DNA from: a virus
Taxonomy: Duplodnaviria; Heunggongvirae; Uroviricota; Caudoviricetes
Strand: one strand, 5' to 3'
DNA: 11,011 nt
Virus record (IMG/VR): IMGVR_UViG_2740892233_000013
Positions within the stretch are counted from its first letter, which is position 1. Each line of letters starts with the position of its first letter. Shown piece by piece: positions 1 through 8,475 of the stretch. The notes beneath the pieces are model-generated. The model searched no databases and was not told where the DNA came from. It saw only the letters and a program-made list of their open reading frames with translations. The position numbers and the translations under genes are program-made.

Positions 1-1
1 C

Positions 2-413
2 CAGATACGTATTCGCGGTGAGGACACGGCACCGGAGGCGGTGTACGCCCGTCTTCACGAACAGTTGGGTGAGGGAACGGTCATCCACATTGTGCCGCGA
101 CTGGCCGGGGCCGGAAAGGGTGGACTGCAGATTGTGCTGGGGGCGGCAGCCATCGTGGGCTCTTTCTTCACTGCCGGGGCATCAATGGCGTTATGGGGTT
201 CAGCCCTGGCAGCCGGTGGTTTTTCTGCCACCACAATGCTGTTTTCACTGGGGGCCAGCATGATACTGGGTGGTGTGGCTCAGATGCTTGCCCCGAAGGC
301 AAAAACACCGGATTACCGCGCAACGGATAACGGCAGACAGAACACGTATTTTTCCTCGCTGGATAACATGATTGCCCAGGGGAACCCGATGCCGGTGCCT
401 TACGGTGAAATGC
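2..413 (+). CDS. I: Tail assembly protein I, partial (5' end outside window, 3' end runs into N gap)
   Basis: Frame translation ...AVYARLHEQLGEGTVIHIVPRLAGAGKGGLQIVLGAAAIVGSFFTAGASMALWGSALAAGGFSATTMLFSLGASMILGGVAQMLAPKAKTPDYRATDNGRQNTYFSSLDNMIAQGNPMPVPYGEM resembles lambda gpI C-terminal half (from memory). Confidence 0.85.
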
Positions 414-423
414 NNNNNNNNNN

Positions 424-661
424 TCTGGGTGGTGTGGCTCAGATGCTGGCCCCGAAGGCTAAAGTACCGGAGTACAAAAGCACGGATAACGGCAGACAGA
501 ACACGTACTTTTCCTCGCTGGATAACATGATTGCCCAGGGGAACCCGATGCCGGTGCCTTACGGTGAAATGCTGGTTGGCTCCCGGCGAATCTCCCAGGA
601 CATCAGTACCCGTGATGAAGGCGGTGACGGGAAGGTGGTGGTTATCGGGCGGCAGGCATAA
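424..661 (+). CDS. I: Tail assembly protein I, C-terminal fragment with stop (second allele, overlaps previous segment)
   Basis: LGGVAQMLAPKAKVPEYKSTDNGRQNTYFSSLDNMIAQGNPMPVPYGEMLVGSRRISQDISTRDEGGDGKVVVIGRQA, stop TAA at 659-661. Confidence 0.85.
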
Positions 662-666
662 AAGCG

Positions 667-704
667 AAAAAATCCCGCAGTGCTCACGGACAGGAACTGC
701 GGGA
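667..704 (-). terminator. A-run plus hairpin (tcccgcag ... ctgcggga) just after I stop; on the minus strand it reads as hairpin followed by U-run
   Basis: Inverted repeat 673-680 / 697-704 with A6 at 667-672; orientation fits termination of leftward transcription. Confidence 0.3.
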
Positions 705-765
705 GCGTTACGAAGATTGAGTGTAAGGAATTATTCTTATGTCACGACAAAAANNNNNNNNNNGC

Positions 766-798
766 GGAAAGGTCGTGGTTATCGGGCGGCAGGGGTAA
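766..798 (+). CDS. I: Tail assembly protein I, extreme 3' end of a third allele
   Basis: GKVVVIGRQG then TAA at 796-798; same C-terminal motif as 424..661 with a different last residue. Confidence 0.6.
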   Translation, partial: GKVVVIGRQG

Positions 799-804
799 AA
801 AGAA

Positions 805-829
805 TAAAAAAATCCCGCAGAGTTGCGGG
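805..829 (-). terminator. Variant of the post-I A-run plus hairpin (cccgca gagt tgcggg)
   Basis: A8 at 805-812 followed by 6-bp stem and 4-nt loop at 814-829; minus-strand terminator-like. Confidence 0.3.
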
Positions 830-969
830 GACAGACAAAGATTAACGTTAAGGAGTTATTTTTGTTTCTGGTGCTCGGGCAAAAAAAACATTAACGCAGA
901 GAAATTATTAGCACCACAGTCAGTTTGTGAAAATGTGAAGATATTCAGAAGTTTTATTCAATCATGATA

Positions 970-999
970 CAGGCATCCTCCGGGATGCCTGTTGTTTTT
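970..999 (+). terminator. Hairpin plus T-rich tail in I-J spacer (empty, no-sodC allele)
   Basis: caggcatcc tccg ggatgcctg (9-bp perfect stem) followed by ttgtttttg; about 180 nt upstream of J start. Confidence 0.5.
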
Positions 1000-1117
1000 G
1001 TGCGTAACAGTTATCACAGTAAAGGNNNNNNNNNNACATTAACGCAGAGAAATTATTAGCGCCACAGTCAGTTTGTGAAAATGTGAAGATATTCAGAATT
1101 TTTATTCAGTCATGATA

Positions 1118-1147
1118 CAGGCATCCTCCGGGATGCCTGTTGTTTTT
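1118..1147 (+). terminator. Same hairpin plus T-rich tail in the overlapping segment
   Basis: Identical caggcatcctccgggatgcctg + ttgtttttg; 35 nt upstream of J ATG at 1182. Confidence 0.5.
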
Positions 1148-1181
1148 GTGCGTAACAGTTATCACAGTAAAGGGTGAGACA

Positions 1182-1291
1182 ATGGGCAAAGGTGGCGGCA
1201 AGGCGCACACGCCGGTAGAGGCAAAGGACAATCTTAAGTCCACGCAGATGATGAGCGTGATTGATGCCATTGGTGAAGGGCCGATTGAAGG
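1182..1291 (+). CDS. J: Host specificity protein J, N-terminal fragment (allele with empty I-J spacer)
   Basis: ATG at 1182 preceded by aaagggtgagacaATG; [37 protein letters not shown] matches lambda gpJ N-terminus. Confidence 0.85.
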
Positions 1292-1361
1292 NNNNNNNNN
1301 NCATTAACTCAGAGAGGGAGGATGTGCCGTTCTTTTCAGGGAGAAAGGATTTATCGTCCTG

Positions 1362-1392
1362 AGGAATAAAGGTAAGGGGCCCGCCCCTTACC
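1362..1392 (-). terminator. Intrinsic terminator of sodC
   Basis: Just 3' of sodC stop on minus strand: ggtaagggg / ccccttacc inverted repeat (1371-1392) followed on the minus strand by TTTATT. Confidence 0.55.
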
Positions 1393-1399
1393 TGACTGA

Positions 1400-1927
1400 T
1401 TATTGAATGATGCCGCAGGCCATTCTCGCACCACCACCGCCCAGGGGCTCCGGATGGTCATGATGGTTATCACCGCCAGCATGAAGCATGAGAGAACGCC
1501 CTTTAATCTCTTTTAATGAGTTCAGTCTCGGGGCCAGGACCGGGTAGTTCGCTTTTCCGTCATGCGTCACGAACAGCGCAGGGAGGTCGCCCAGGTGTCC
1601 ATCCGGAGACCAGGGGCCAAGATGTTTGCCGGTGTTTTTCGGGTCAAAGTGACCGCCAGCCGATAATGCTGCGACCGGTTTTCCGTCTTTCAGTGCCGGG
1701 GCGCAATTTCCTTTTTCGTGCACATGAAAACCATGAATGCCTTCAGACAGAGAGTGAAGGGCTGGTGTGAACAGCAGACCGTAGGGGGTCTCCTGAATGG
1801 TTATTTTTCCAATGCTGACTTCTTTTCCGTCAGCACTGACAAGGTTCATTGGGACTTCCTGTTCTGCTGCGTATCCGCATGATGCTGCTGTCAGCATGGC
1901 AATGGCAGCAATGATTTTACATTTCAT
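1400..1927 (-). CDS. sodC: Periplasmic Cu,Zn superoxide dismutase (prophage-borne SodC, moron)
   Basis: 175 aa; signal peptide [20 protein letters not shown]; SodC motifs [53 protein letters not shown]; SD GAGGG 4 nt before ATG (rc of 1925-1927); stop rc of 1400-1402. Confidence 0.92.
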   Translation of the reverse strand: MKCKIIAAIAMLTAASCGYAAEQEVPMNLVSADGKEVSIGKITIQETPYGLLFTPALHSLSEGIHGFHVHEKGNCAPALKDGKPVAALSAGGHFDPKNTGKHLGPWSPDGHLGDLPALFVTHDGKANYPVLAPRLNSLKEIKGRSLMLHAGGDNHHDHPEPLGGGGARMACGIIQ

Positions 1928-2060
1928 AAAACCCTCATTAATTCCGTTAACAGACTGAGCTTGCTGGTTACAGGGTAACAAACAGCGTTCTGATGATATC
2001 GCGCAATAGCTGTGCAATATCCTATCACTGCGATTAATAATACCAATTGAGAGGAACATT
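1928..2060. promoter_or_regulatory. Divergent sodC / J intergenic region; should hold the sodC promoter and the J RBS
   Basis: 133 bp AT-rich spacer between divergent starts; J SD gagagga at 2049-2055; only weak sigma70-like hexamers seen on minus strand (TTGCAC ... TATCAT), promoter position not resolved. Confidence 0.35.
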
Positions 2061-2181
2061 ATGGGTAAAGGTGGCGGCAGGGCGCACACACCTCGTGAGG
2101 CGAAGGACAATCTCAAATCCACGCAGATGATGAGCGTGATTGATGCCATTGGTGAAGGGCCGATTGAAGGTCCGGTGAAGG
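2061..2181 (+). CDS. J: Host specificity protein J, N-terminal fragment (allele next to sodC)
   Basis: [40 protein letters not shown]; SD gagagg 5 nt upstream. Confidence 0.88.
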
Positions 2182-2194
2182 NNNNNNNNNNGCA

Positions 2195-2516
2195 ATGGGC
2201 AAAGGTGGCGGCAAGGCGCACACGCCGGTTGAGGCAAAGGACAATCTTAAGTCCACGCAGATGATGAGCGTGATTGATGCGATTGGTGAAGGGCCGATTG
2301 AAGGTCCGGTGAAGGGGCTGCAGAGTATCCTGGTGAACAAAACCCCGCTGACGGACACGGACGGTAATCCTGTGATACATGGTGTGACAGCGGTCTGGCG
2401 CGCCGGGGAGCAGGAGCAGACACCACCTGAAGGCTTTGAGTCCTCCGGGGCGGAAACCGCACTGGGCGTGGAAGTGACGAAGGCAAAGCCGGTGACGCGC
2501 ACCATTACGTCCGCGA
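2195..2516 (+). CDS. J: Host specificity protein J fragment (about aa 1-107)
   Basis: MGKGGGKAHTPVEAKD...GLQSILVNKTPLTDTDGNPVIHGVTAVWRAGEQEQTPPEGFESSGAETALGVEVTKAKPVTRTITSA. Confidence 0.9.
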
Positions 2517-2526
2517 NNNNNNNNNN

Positions 2527-3037
2527 GGCTGCAGAGTATCCTGGTGAACAAAACCCCGCTGACGGACACGGACGGCAATCCTGTGATACACGGTGTGACC
2601 GCGGTCTGGCGCGCCGGGGAGCAGGAGCAGACACCACCGGAAGGCTTTGAGTCCTCCGGAGCGGAAACCGGACTGGGCGTGGAAGTGACGAAGGCAAAGC
2701 CGGTAACGCGCACCATTACATCCGCGAACATTGACCGCCTGCGGGTCACCTTCGGGGTGCAGTCACTGTTGGAGACCACCTCAAAGGGCGACCGTAATCC
2801 CTCTTCTGTCCGACTGCTGATTCAGTTACAGCGTAACGGTAACTGGGTGACGGAAAAGGATGTCACCATTAACGGCAAGACCACCTCACAGTACCTGGCG
2901 TCGGTGATTCTGGAGAATCTGCCTGAGCGGCCCTTTAACATCCGGATGGTCCGGGAGACGGCGGACAGCACCACGGACCAGCTGCAGAACAGAACGCTGT
3001 GGTCGTCATACACCGAAATCATCGATGTGAAACAGTG
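2527..3037 (+). CDS. J: Host specificity protein J fragment (about aa 42-210)
   Basis: LQSILVNKTPL...NIDRLRVTFGVQSLLETTSKGDRNPSSVRLLIQLQRNGNWVTEKD...YTEIIDVKQ; overlaps previous segment with SNPs. Confidence 0.9.
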
Positions 3038-3047
3038 NNNNNNNNNN

Positions 3048-3472
3048 GTGCAGACCACGTCAAAGGGTGACCGAAACCCGACATCCGTCCGACTGCTGAT
3101 TCAGTTACAGCGTAACGGTAACTGGGTGACGGAAAAGGATGTCACCATTAACGGCAAGACCACCTCGCAGTTTCTGGCGTCGGTGATTCTGGATAATCTG
3201 CCTGAGCGGCCCTTTAACATCCGGATGGTCCGGGAGACAGCGGACAGCACCTCGGACCAGCTGCAGAATAAGACGCTCTGGTCGTCATACACCGAAATCA
3301 TCGATGTGAAACAGTGCTACCCGAACACGGCGATTGTGGGGCTGCAGGTGGATGCGGAGCAGTTCGGCGGTCAGCAGATGACGGTGAACTACCATATCCG
3401 CGGTCGCATCATCCAGGTGCCGTCAAACTACGACCCGGAAAAACGCACTTACAGCGGTATCTGGGACGGCAG
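3048..3472 (+). CDS. J: Host specificity protein J fragment (about aa 130-260)
   Basis: VQTTSKGDRNPTSVRLLIQLQRNGNWVTEKDVTINGKTTSQFLASVILDNLPERPFNIRMVRETADS...RGRIIQVPSNYDPEKRTYSGIWDG. Confidence 0.9.
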
Positions 3473-3482
3473 NNNNNNNNNN

Positions 3483-3992
3483 GTAATCTGCCTCCCCGTC
3501 CTTTTAACATCCGGATGGTCCGGGAGACAGCGGACAGCACCTCGGACCAGCTGCAGAATAAGACGCTCTGGTCGTCATACACCGAAATCATCGATGTGAA
3601 ACAGTGCTACCCGAACACGGCGATTGTGGGGCTGCAGGTGGATGCGGAGCAGTTTGGCGGTCAGCAGATGACGGTGAACTACCATATCCGCGGTCGCATC
3701 ATCCAGGTACCGTCAAACTATGACCCGGAAAAACGCACGTACAGCGGCATCTGGGACGGCAGCCTGAAACCGGCATACAGCAACAACCCGGCCTGGTGCC
3801 TGTGGGACATGCTGACTCACCCGCGCTACGGCATGGGAAAACGCCTGGGGGCCGCGGATGTGGACAAGTGGGCGCTGTATGCCATCGGGCAGTACTGTGA
3901 CCAGCGTGTCCCGGACGGCTTCGGAGGGACAGAGCCGCGGATGACCTTTAATGCGTACCTGTCACAACAGCGTAAGGCGTGGGACGTTCTCA
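3483..3992 (+). CDS. J: Host specificity protein J fragment (about aa 168-335)
   Basis: NLPPRPFNIRMVRETADS...CYPNTAIVGLQVDAEQFGGQQMTVNYHIRGRIIQVPSNYDPEKRTYSGIWDGSLKPAYSNNPAWCLWDMLTHPRYGMGKRLGAADVDKWALYAIGQYCDQRVPDG...QRKAWDVL. Confidence 0.9.
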
Positions 3993-4002
3993 NNNNNNNN
4001 NN

Positions 4003-4331
4003 TGGTCGCATCATTCAGGTACCGTCAAACTATGACCCGGAAAAACGCACGTACAGCGGTATCTGGGACGGCAGCCTGAAACCGGCATACAGCAACAACC
4101 CGGCCTGGTGCCTGTGGGACATGCTGACTCACCCGCGCTACGGCATGGGAAAACGTCTGGGGGCGGCAGACGTGGACAAATGGGCGCTGTATGCCATTGC
4201 GCAGTACTGCGACCAGACGGTCCCGGATGGCTTCGGGGGCACAGAGCCGCGGATGACCTTTAATGCATACCTGTCACAACAGCGTAAGGCGTGGGACGTT
4301 CTCAGTGATTTCTGCTCGGCGATGCGCTGTA
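4003..4331 (+). CDS. J: Host specificity protein J fragment (about aa 245-345)
   Basis: GRIIQVPSNYDPEKRTYSGIWDG...ALYAIAQYCDQTVPDGFGGTEPRMTFNAYLSQQRKAWDVLSDFCSAMRC. Confidence 0.9.
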
Positions 4332-4341
4332 NNNNNNNNNN

Positions 4342-4686
4342 TGGCGGCGGATGTTGACAAGTGGGCGCTGTATGCCATCGGGCAGTACTGCGACCAGACG
4401 GTCCCGGATGGTTTCGGGGGCACAGAGCCGCGGATGACCTTTAATGCGTACCTGTCACAACAGCGTAAGGCGTGGGACGTTCTCAGTGATTTCTGCTCGG
4501 CGATGCGCTGTATGCCGGTATGGAACGGCCAGACGCTGACGTTCGTTCAGGACCGCCCGTCGGATGTGGTGTGGCCGTACACCAACTGCGATGTGGTGGT
4601 GGATGATAACGGCGTGGGGTTTCGCTACAGCTTCAGCGCCCTGAAGGACCGCCACACGGCGGTGGAGGTGAATTACACCGACCCGC
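4342..4686 (+). CDS. J: Host specificity protein J fragment (about aa 290-400)
   Basis: AADVDKWALYAIGQYCDQTVPDG...MPVWNGQTLTFVQDRPSDVVWPYTNCDVVVDDNGVGFRYSFSALKDRHTAVEVNYTDP. Confidence 0.9.
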
Positions 4687-4696
4687 NNNNNNNNNN

Positions 4697-5073
4697 CCAC
4701 CCGCGCTACGGGATGGGGAAACGCCTGGGGGCCGCGGACGTGGACAAATGGGCGCTGTATGCCATCGGGCAGTACTGTGACCAGCGTGTTCCGGACGGCT
4801 TCGGAGGGACAGAGCCGCGGATGACGTTTAATGCGTACCTGTCACAGCAGCGTAAGGCGTGGGACGTTCTCAGTGATTTCTGCTCGGCGATGCGCTGTAT
4901 GCCGGTATGGAACGGCCAGACGCTGACGTTCGTTCAGGACCGTCCGTCGGATGTGGTGTGGCCGTACACCAGCAGCGATGTGGTGGTGGATGATAACGGC
5001 GTGGGGTTCCGCTACAGCTTCAGCGCCCTGAAGGACCGCCACACGGCGGTGGAGGTGAATTACACCGACCCGC
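4697..5073 (+). CDS. J: Host specificity protein J fragment (about aa 280-400)
   Basis: HPRYGMGKRLGAADVDKWALYAIGQYCDQRVPDG...VVWPYTSSDVVVDDNGVGFRYSFSALKDRHTAVEVNYTDP. Confidence 0.9.
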
Positions 5074-5083
5074 NNNNNNNNNN

Positions 5084-5647
5084 GACCGAGCCGCGGATGA
5101 CCTTTAATGCGTACCTGGCACAACAGCGTAAGGCGTGGGACGTTCTCAGTGATTTCTGCTCTGCGATGCGCTGTATGCCGGTATGGAACGGTCAGACGCT
5201 GACGTTCGTTCAGGACCGCCCGTCGGATGTGGTGTGGCCGTACACCAACAGCGATGTGGTGGTGGATGATAACGGCGTGGGGTTCCGCTACAGCTTCAGT
5301 GCCCTGAAGGACCGGCACACGGCGGTGGAGGTGAATTACACCGACCCGCAGAACGGCTGGCAGACCTCCACGGAACTGGTGGAAGACCCGGAAGCCATAC
5401 TGCGCTACGGGCGCAACCTGCTGAAGATGGATGCGTTCGGTTGCACCAGTCGCGGTCAGGCCCACCGTGCCGGGCTGTGGGTGATAAAGACCGGACTGCT
5501 GGAAACGCAGACGGTGGATTTCACGCTCGGGTCACAGGGGCTGCGTCACACACCCGGTGACATTATTGAAATCTGTGATAACGACTATGCCGGGACCATG
5601 ACCGGCGGACGTATCCTGTCCATCGATGCCGCCAGCCGCACCCTGAC
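5084..5647 (+). CDS. J: Host specificity protein J fragment (about aa 315-495)
   Basis: TEPRMTFNAYLAQQRKAWDVL...PYTNSDVVVDD...NYTDPQNGWQTSTELVEDPEAILRYGRNLLKMDAFGCTSRGQAHRAGLWVIKTGLLETQTVDFTLGSQGLRHTPGDIIEICDNDYAGTMTGGRILSIDAASRTL. Confidence 0.9.
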
Positions 5648-5657
5648 NNNNNNNNNN

Positions 5658-6167
5658 ACGCAACCTGCTGAAGATGGACGCGTTCGGCTGTACCAGCCGC
5701 GGTCAGGCCCACCGTGCCGGACTGTGGGTGATAAAGACCGAACTGCTGGAAACGCAGACGGTGGATTTCACGCTCGGGTCTCAGGGGCTGCGGCACACAC
5801 CCGGTGACATTATTGAAATCTGTGATAATGACTATGCCGGGACCCTGACCGGCGGACGTGTCCTGTCCATTGATGCTGCCACCCGCACCCTGACGCTGGA
5901 CCGTGAGGTTACCCTGCCGGAGACAGGTACATCGGCGGTGAACCTGATTAACGGCAGCGGTAAGCCGGTGAGTGTGGACATCACCGCACACCCCGCGCCG
6001 GACCGGATACAGGTCAGTACCCTGCCTGATGGTGTGGAGACATACGGGGTGTGGGGACTCTCCCTGCCGTCACTGCGCCGTCGCCTGTTCCGCTGTGTCT
6101 CCGTCCGGGAAAACACGGACGGCACCTTTGCCATCACGGCGGTGCAGCACGTACCGGAAAAAGAAGC
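5658..6167 (+). CDS. J: Host specificity protein J fragment (about aa 420-590)
   Basis: RNLLKMDAFGCTSRGQAHRAGLWVIKTELLETQTVDF...LDREVTLPETGTSAVNLINGSGKPVSVDITAHPAPDRIQVSTLPDGVETYGVWGLSLPSLRRRLFRCVSVRENTDGTFAITAVQHVPEKE. Confidence 0.9.
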
Positions 6168-6177
6168 NNNNNNNNNN

Positions 6178-6504
6178 ACTGGACCGTGAGGTGACCCTGC
6201 CGGAGACAGGTGCCGCCACGGTGAACCTGATTAACGGCAGCGGTAAGCCGGTGAGCGTGGCCATCACTGCACACCCCGCGCCGGACCGGATACAGGTCAG
6301 CACCCTGCCTGATGGTGTGGAGACATACGGTGTATGGGGACTCTCCCTGCCGTCACTGCGTCGTCGCCTGTTCCGCTGTGTCTCCATCCGGGAAAACACG
6401 GACGGCACCTTTGCCATCACGGCGGTGCAGCACGTACCGGAAAAGGAAGCCATCGTGGATAACGGGGCCAGCTTTGAGCCGCAGTCAGGCACCCTGAACA
6501 GCGT
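6178..6504 (+). CDS. J: Host specificity protein J fragment (about aa 495-605)
   Basis: LDREVTLPETGAATVNLINGSGKPVSVAITAHPAPDRIQVSTLPDGVETYGVWGLSLPSLRRRLFRCVSIRENTDGTFAITAVQHVPEKEAIVDNGASFEPQSGTLNSV. Confidence 0.9.
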
Positions 6505-6514
6505 NNNNNNNNNN

Positions 6515-6723
6515 TACCCTGCCGGATGGTGTGGAGACATACGGTGTGTGGGGGCTTTCCCTGCCGTCACTGCGTCGTCGCCTGTTTCGCTGTGTCTGCA
6601 TCCGGGAAAACACGGACGGCACTTTTGCCATCACGGCGGTGCAGCATGTGCCGGAAAAAGAAGCCATCGTGGATAACGGGGCCAGCTTTGAGCCGCAGTC
6701 AGGCACCCTGAACAGCGTCATCC
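6515..6723 (+). CDS. J: Host specificity protein J fragment (about aa 540-605)
   Basis: TLPDGVETYGVWGLSLPSLRRRLFRCVCIRENTDGTFAITAVQHVPEKEAIVDNGASFEPQSGTLNSVI. Confidence 0.88.
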
Positions 6724-6733
6724 NNNNNNNNNN

Positions 6734-6996
6734 TACCTTTGCCATCACGGCAGTGCAGCATGTGCCGGAAAAAGAAGCCATTGTGGATAACGGGGCCAGC
6801 TTTGAGCCACTGTCCGGTTCGCTGAACAGCGTCATCCCGCCGGCAGTACAGCACCTGACGGTGGAGGTGAGCGCGGCTGACGGTCAGTATCTGGCACAGG
6901 CGAAATGGGACACGCCGCGGGTGGTGAAGGGTGTGCGCTTCAGTCTGCGCCTGACCAGCGGAAGCGGAGAAGACAGCCGTCTGGTGACCACCGCCA
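6734..6996 (+). CDS. J: Host specificity protein J fragment (about aa 580-665)
   Basis: [87 protein letters not shown]. Confidence 0.88.
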
Positions 6997-7006
6997 NNNN
7001 NNNNNN

Positions 7007-7188
7007 TATTCCACCGGCAGTGCAGCACCTCACGGTGGAGGTGAGCGCGGCTGACGGCCAGTATCTGGCACAGGCGAAATGGGACACGCCGCGGGTGGTG
7101 AAGGGGGTGCGCTTCAGTCTGCGACTGACCAGCGGAAGCGGAGAAGACAGCCGTCTGGTGACCACCGCCATCACTGCGGATACAGAGC
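7007..7188 (+). CDS. J: Host specificity protein J fragment (about aa 607-670)
   Basis: [60 protein letters not shown]. Confidence 0.88.
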
Positions 7189-7198
7189 NNNNNNNNNN

Positions 7199-7395
7199 AC
7201 CGGCAGCGCCTGCCGGTGTTGAACTGACGCCGGGGTATTTTCAGATAACGGCAGTCCCGAAACTGACCATTTATGACCCGACGGTGCAGTTTGAGTTCTG
7301 GTTTTCGGAGGCAAAAATTGCAGACACATCTCAGGTGGAAACCTCTGCCCGTTATCTGGGGACCGGCAGTCAGTGGAGTGTCTCCGGTCCGCACA
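7199..7395 (+). CDS. J: Host specificity protein J fragment (about aa 705-770)
   Basis: [65 protein letters not shown]. Confidence 0.88.
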
Positions 7396-7405
7396 NNNNN
7401 NNNNN

Positions 7406-7475
7406 GCCGCACAGGTGGAAACCTCTGCCCGTTATCTGGGGACCGGCAGTCAGTGGAGTGTCTCCGGTCCGCACA
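7406..7475 (+). CDS. J: Host specificity protein J short fragment (about aa 750-770)
   Basis: [23 protein letters not shown]; 70-bp segment duplicating the end of the previous segment. Confidence 0.75.
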
Positions 7476-7485
7476 NNNNNNNNNN

Positions 7486-7834
7486 TCTCACGGTGGAGGT
7501 GAGCGCCGCTGACGGGCAGTATCTGGCGCAGGTGAAATGGGACACGCCGCGGGTGGTGAAGGGGGTGCGCTTCAGTCTGCGCCTGACCAGCGGAAGCGGA
7601 GAAGACAGCCGTCTGGTGACCACCGCCATCACCGCGGATACAGAGCACCGTTTCAGCGGTCTGCCGCCGGGGGAATACACCCTGACGGTCAGGGCGATTA
7701 ACAGTTATGGCCAGCAGGGGGAACCGGCCACCACCACGTTCAGGATTAATGCACCTGCGGTACCCGCCACGATTGAGCTGACACCGGGCTATTTTCAGAT
7801 AACAGCGGTCCCGCGTCTTGCGGTGTATGACCCG
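7486..7834 (+). CDS. J: Host specificity protein J fragment (about aa 612-727), fibronectin type III-like region
   Basis: [116 protein letters not shown]. Confidence 0.9.
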
Positions 7835-7844
7835 NNNNNNNNNN

Positions 7845-8465
7845 ATCGTTTCAGTGGTCTGCCGCTCGGGGAATACACCCTGACAGTCAGGGCAATTAAC
7901 AGTTATGGCCAGCAGGGCGAACCGGCCACCACCACCTTCCGGATTAACGCGCCAGCAAAACCCGCCACCATTGAACTGACGCCGGGGTATTTTCAGATAA
8001 CGGCGGTCCCGCGTCTTGCGGTGTATGACCCGACGGTACAGTTTGAGTTCTGGTTTTCGGAGACAAAAATCGCAGACACATCTCAGGTGGAAACCTCTGC
8101 CCGTTATCTGGGGACCGGCAGTCAGTGGAGTGTATCCGGCCCGCACATTAAGCCCGGGAAGGATTTCTGGTTTTACGTGCGCAGCGTCAATCTGGTGGGC
8201 AAGTCTGCGTTTGTGGAAGCCAGCGGGCAGGCCAGCAATGATGCAGAAGGGTATCTGGACTTTTTCAGAGGAGAAATAGGAAAAACGCATCTGGCTCAGG
8301 GGTTGTGGGAACTGATAGATAACAGCCAGCTTGCAGATGAGATGGCGGAGATGAAGACCAGCATCACGGAAACCCGCAATGAAATCACACAGACGGTCAA
8401 CAAAACGCTGGAGGACCAGAGCGCCACCATACAGCAGATACAGCGCGTGCAGAAGGACACAAATG
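7845..8465 (+). CDS. J: Host specificity protein J fragment (about aa 672-860)
   Basis: [140 protein letters not shown]...[11 protein letters not shown]. Confidence 0.9.
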
Positions 8466-8475
8466 NNNNNNNNNN

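Noticed and set aside
1322-1369. 15-codon ORF (MCRSFQGERIYRPEE) after a GAGGGAGG motif
   Set aside because: The SD-like motif abuts the ATG with no spacer, the peptide is tiny, and the region overlaps the sodC terminator hairpin; most likely non-coding.
1400-2779. 459-aa minus-strand ORF from the ORF track
   Set aside because: Only the 3'-proximal 175 codons (1400-1927) are sodC; the rest is an open antisense frame of GC-rich J sequence joined across N runs, with no start context.
4842-8290. Long minus-strand ORFs inside J (4842-5465, 6699-7412, 7370-8290 and others)
   Set aside because: They are antisense to a well-supported CDS, arginine- and proline-rich as expected from a GC-rich antisense frame, have no SD or start context, and repeat only because of the segment layout.
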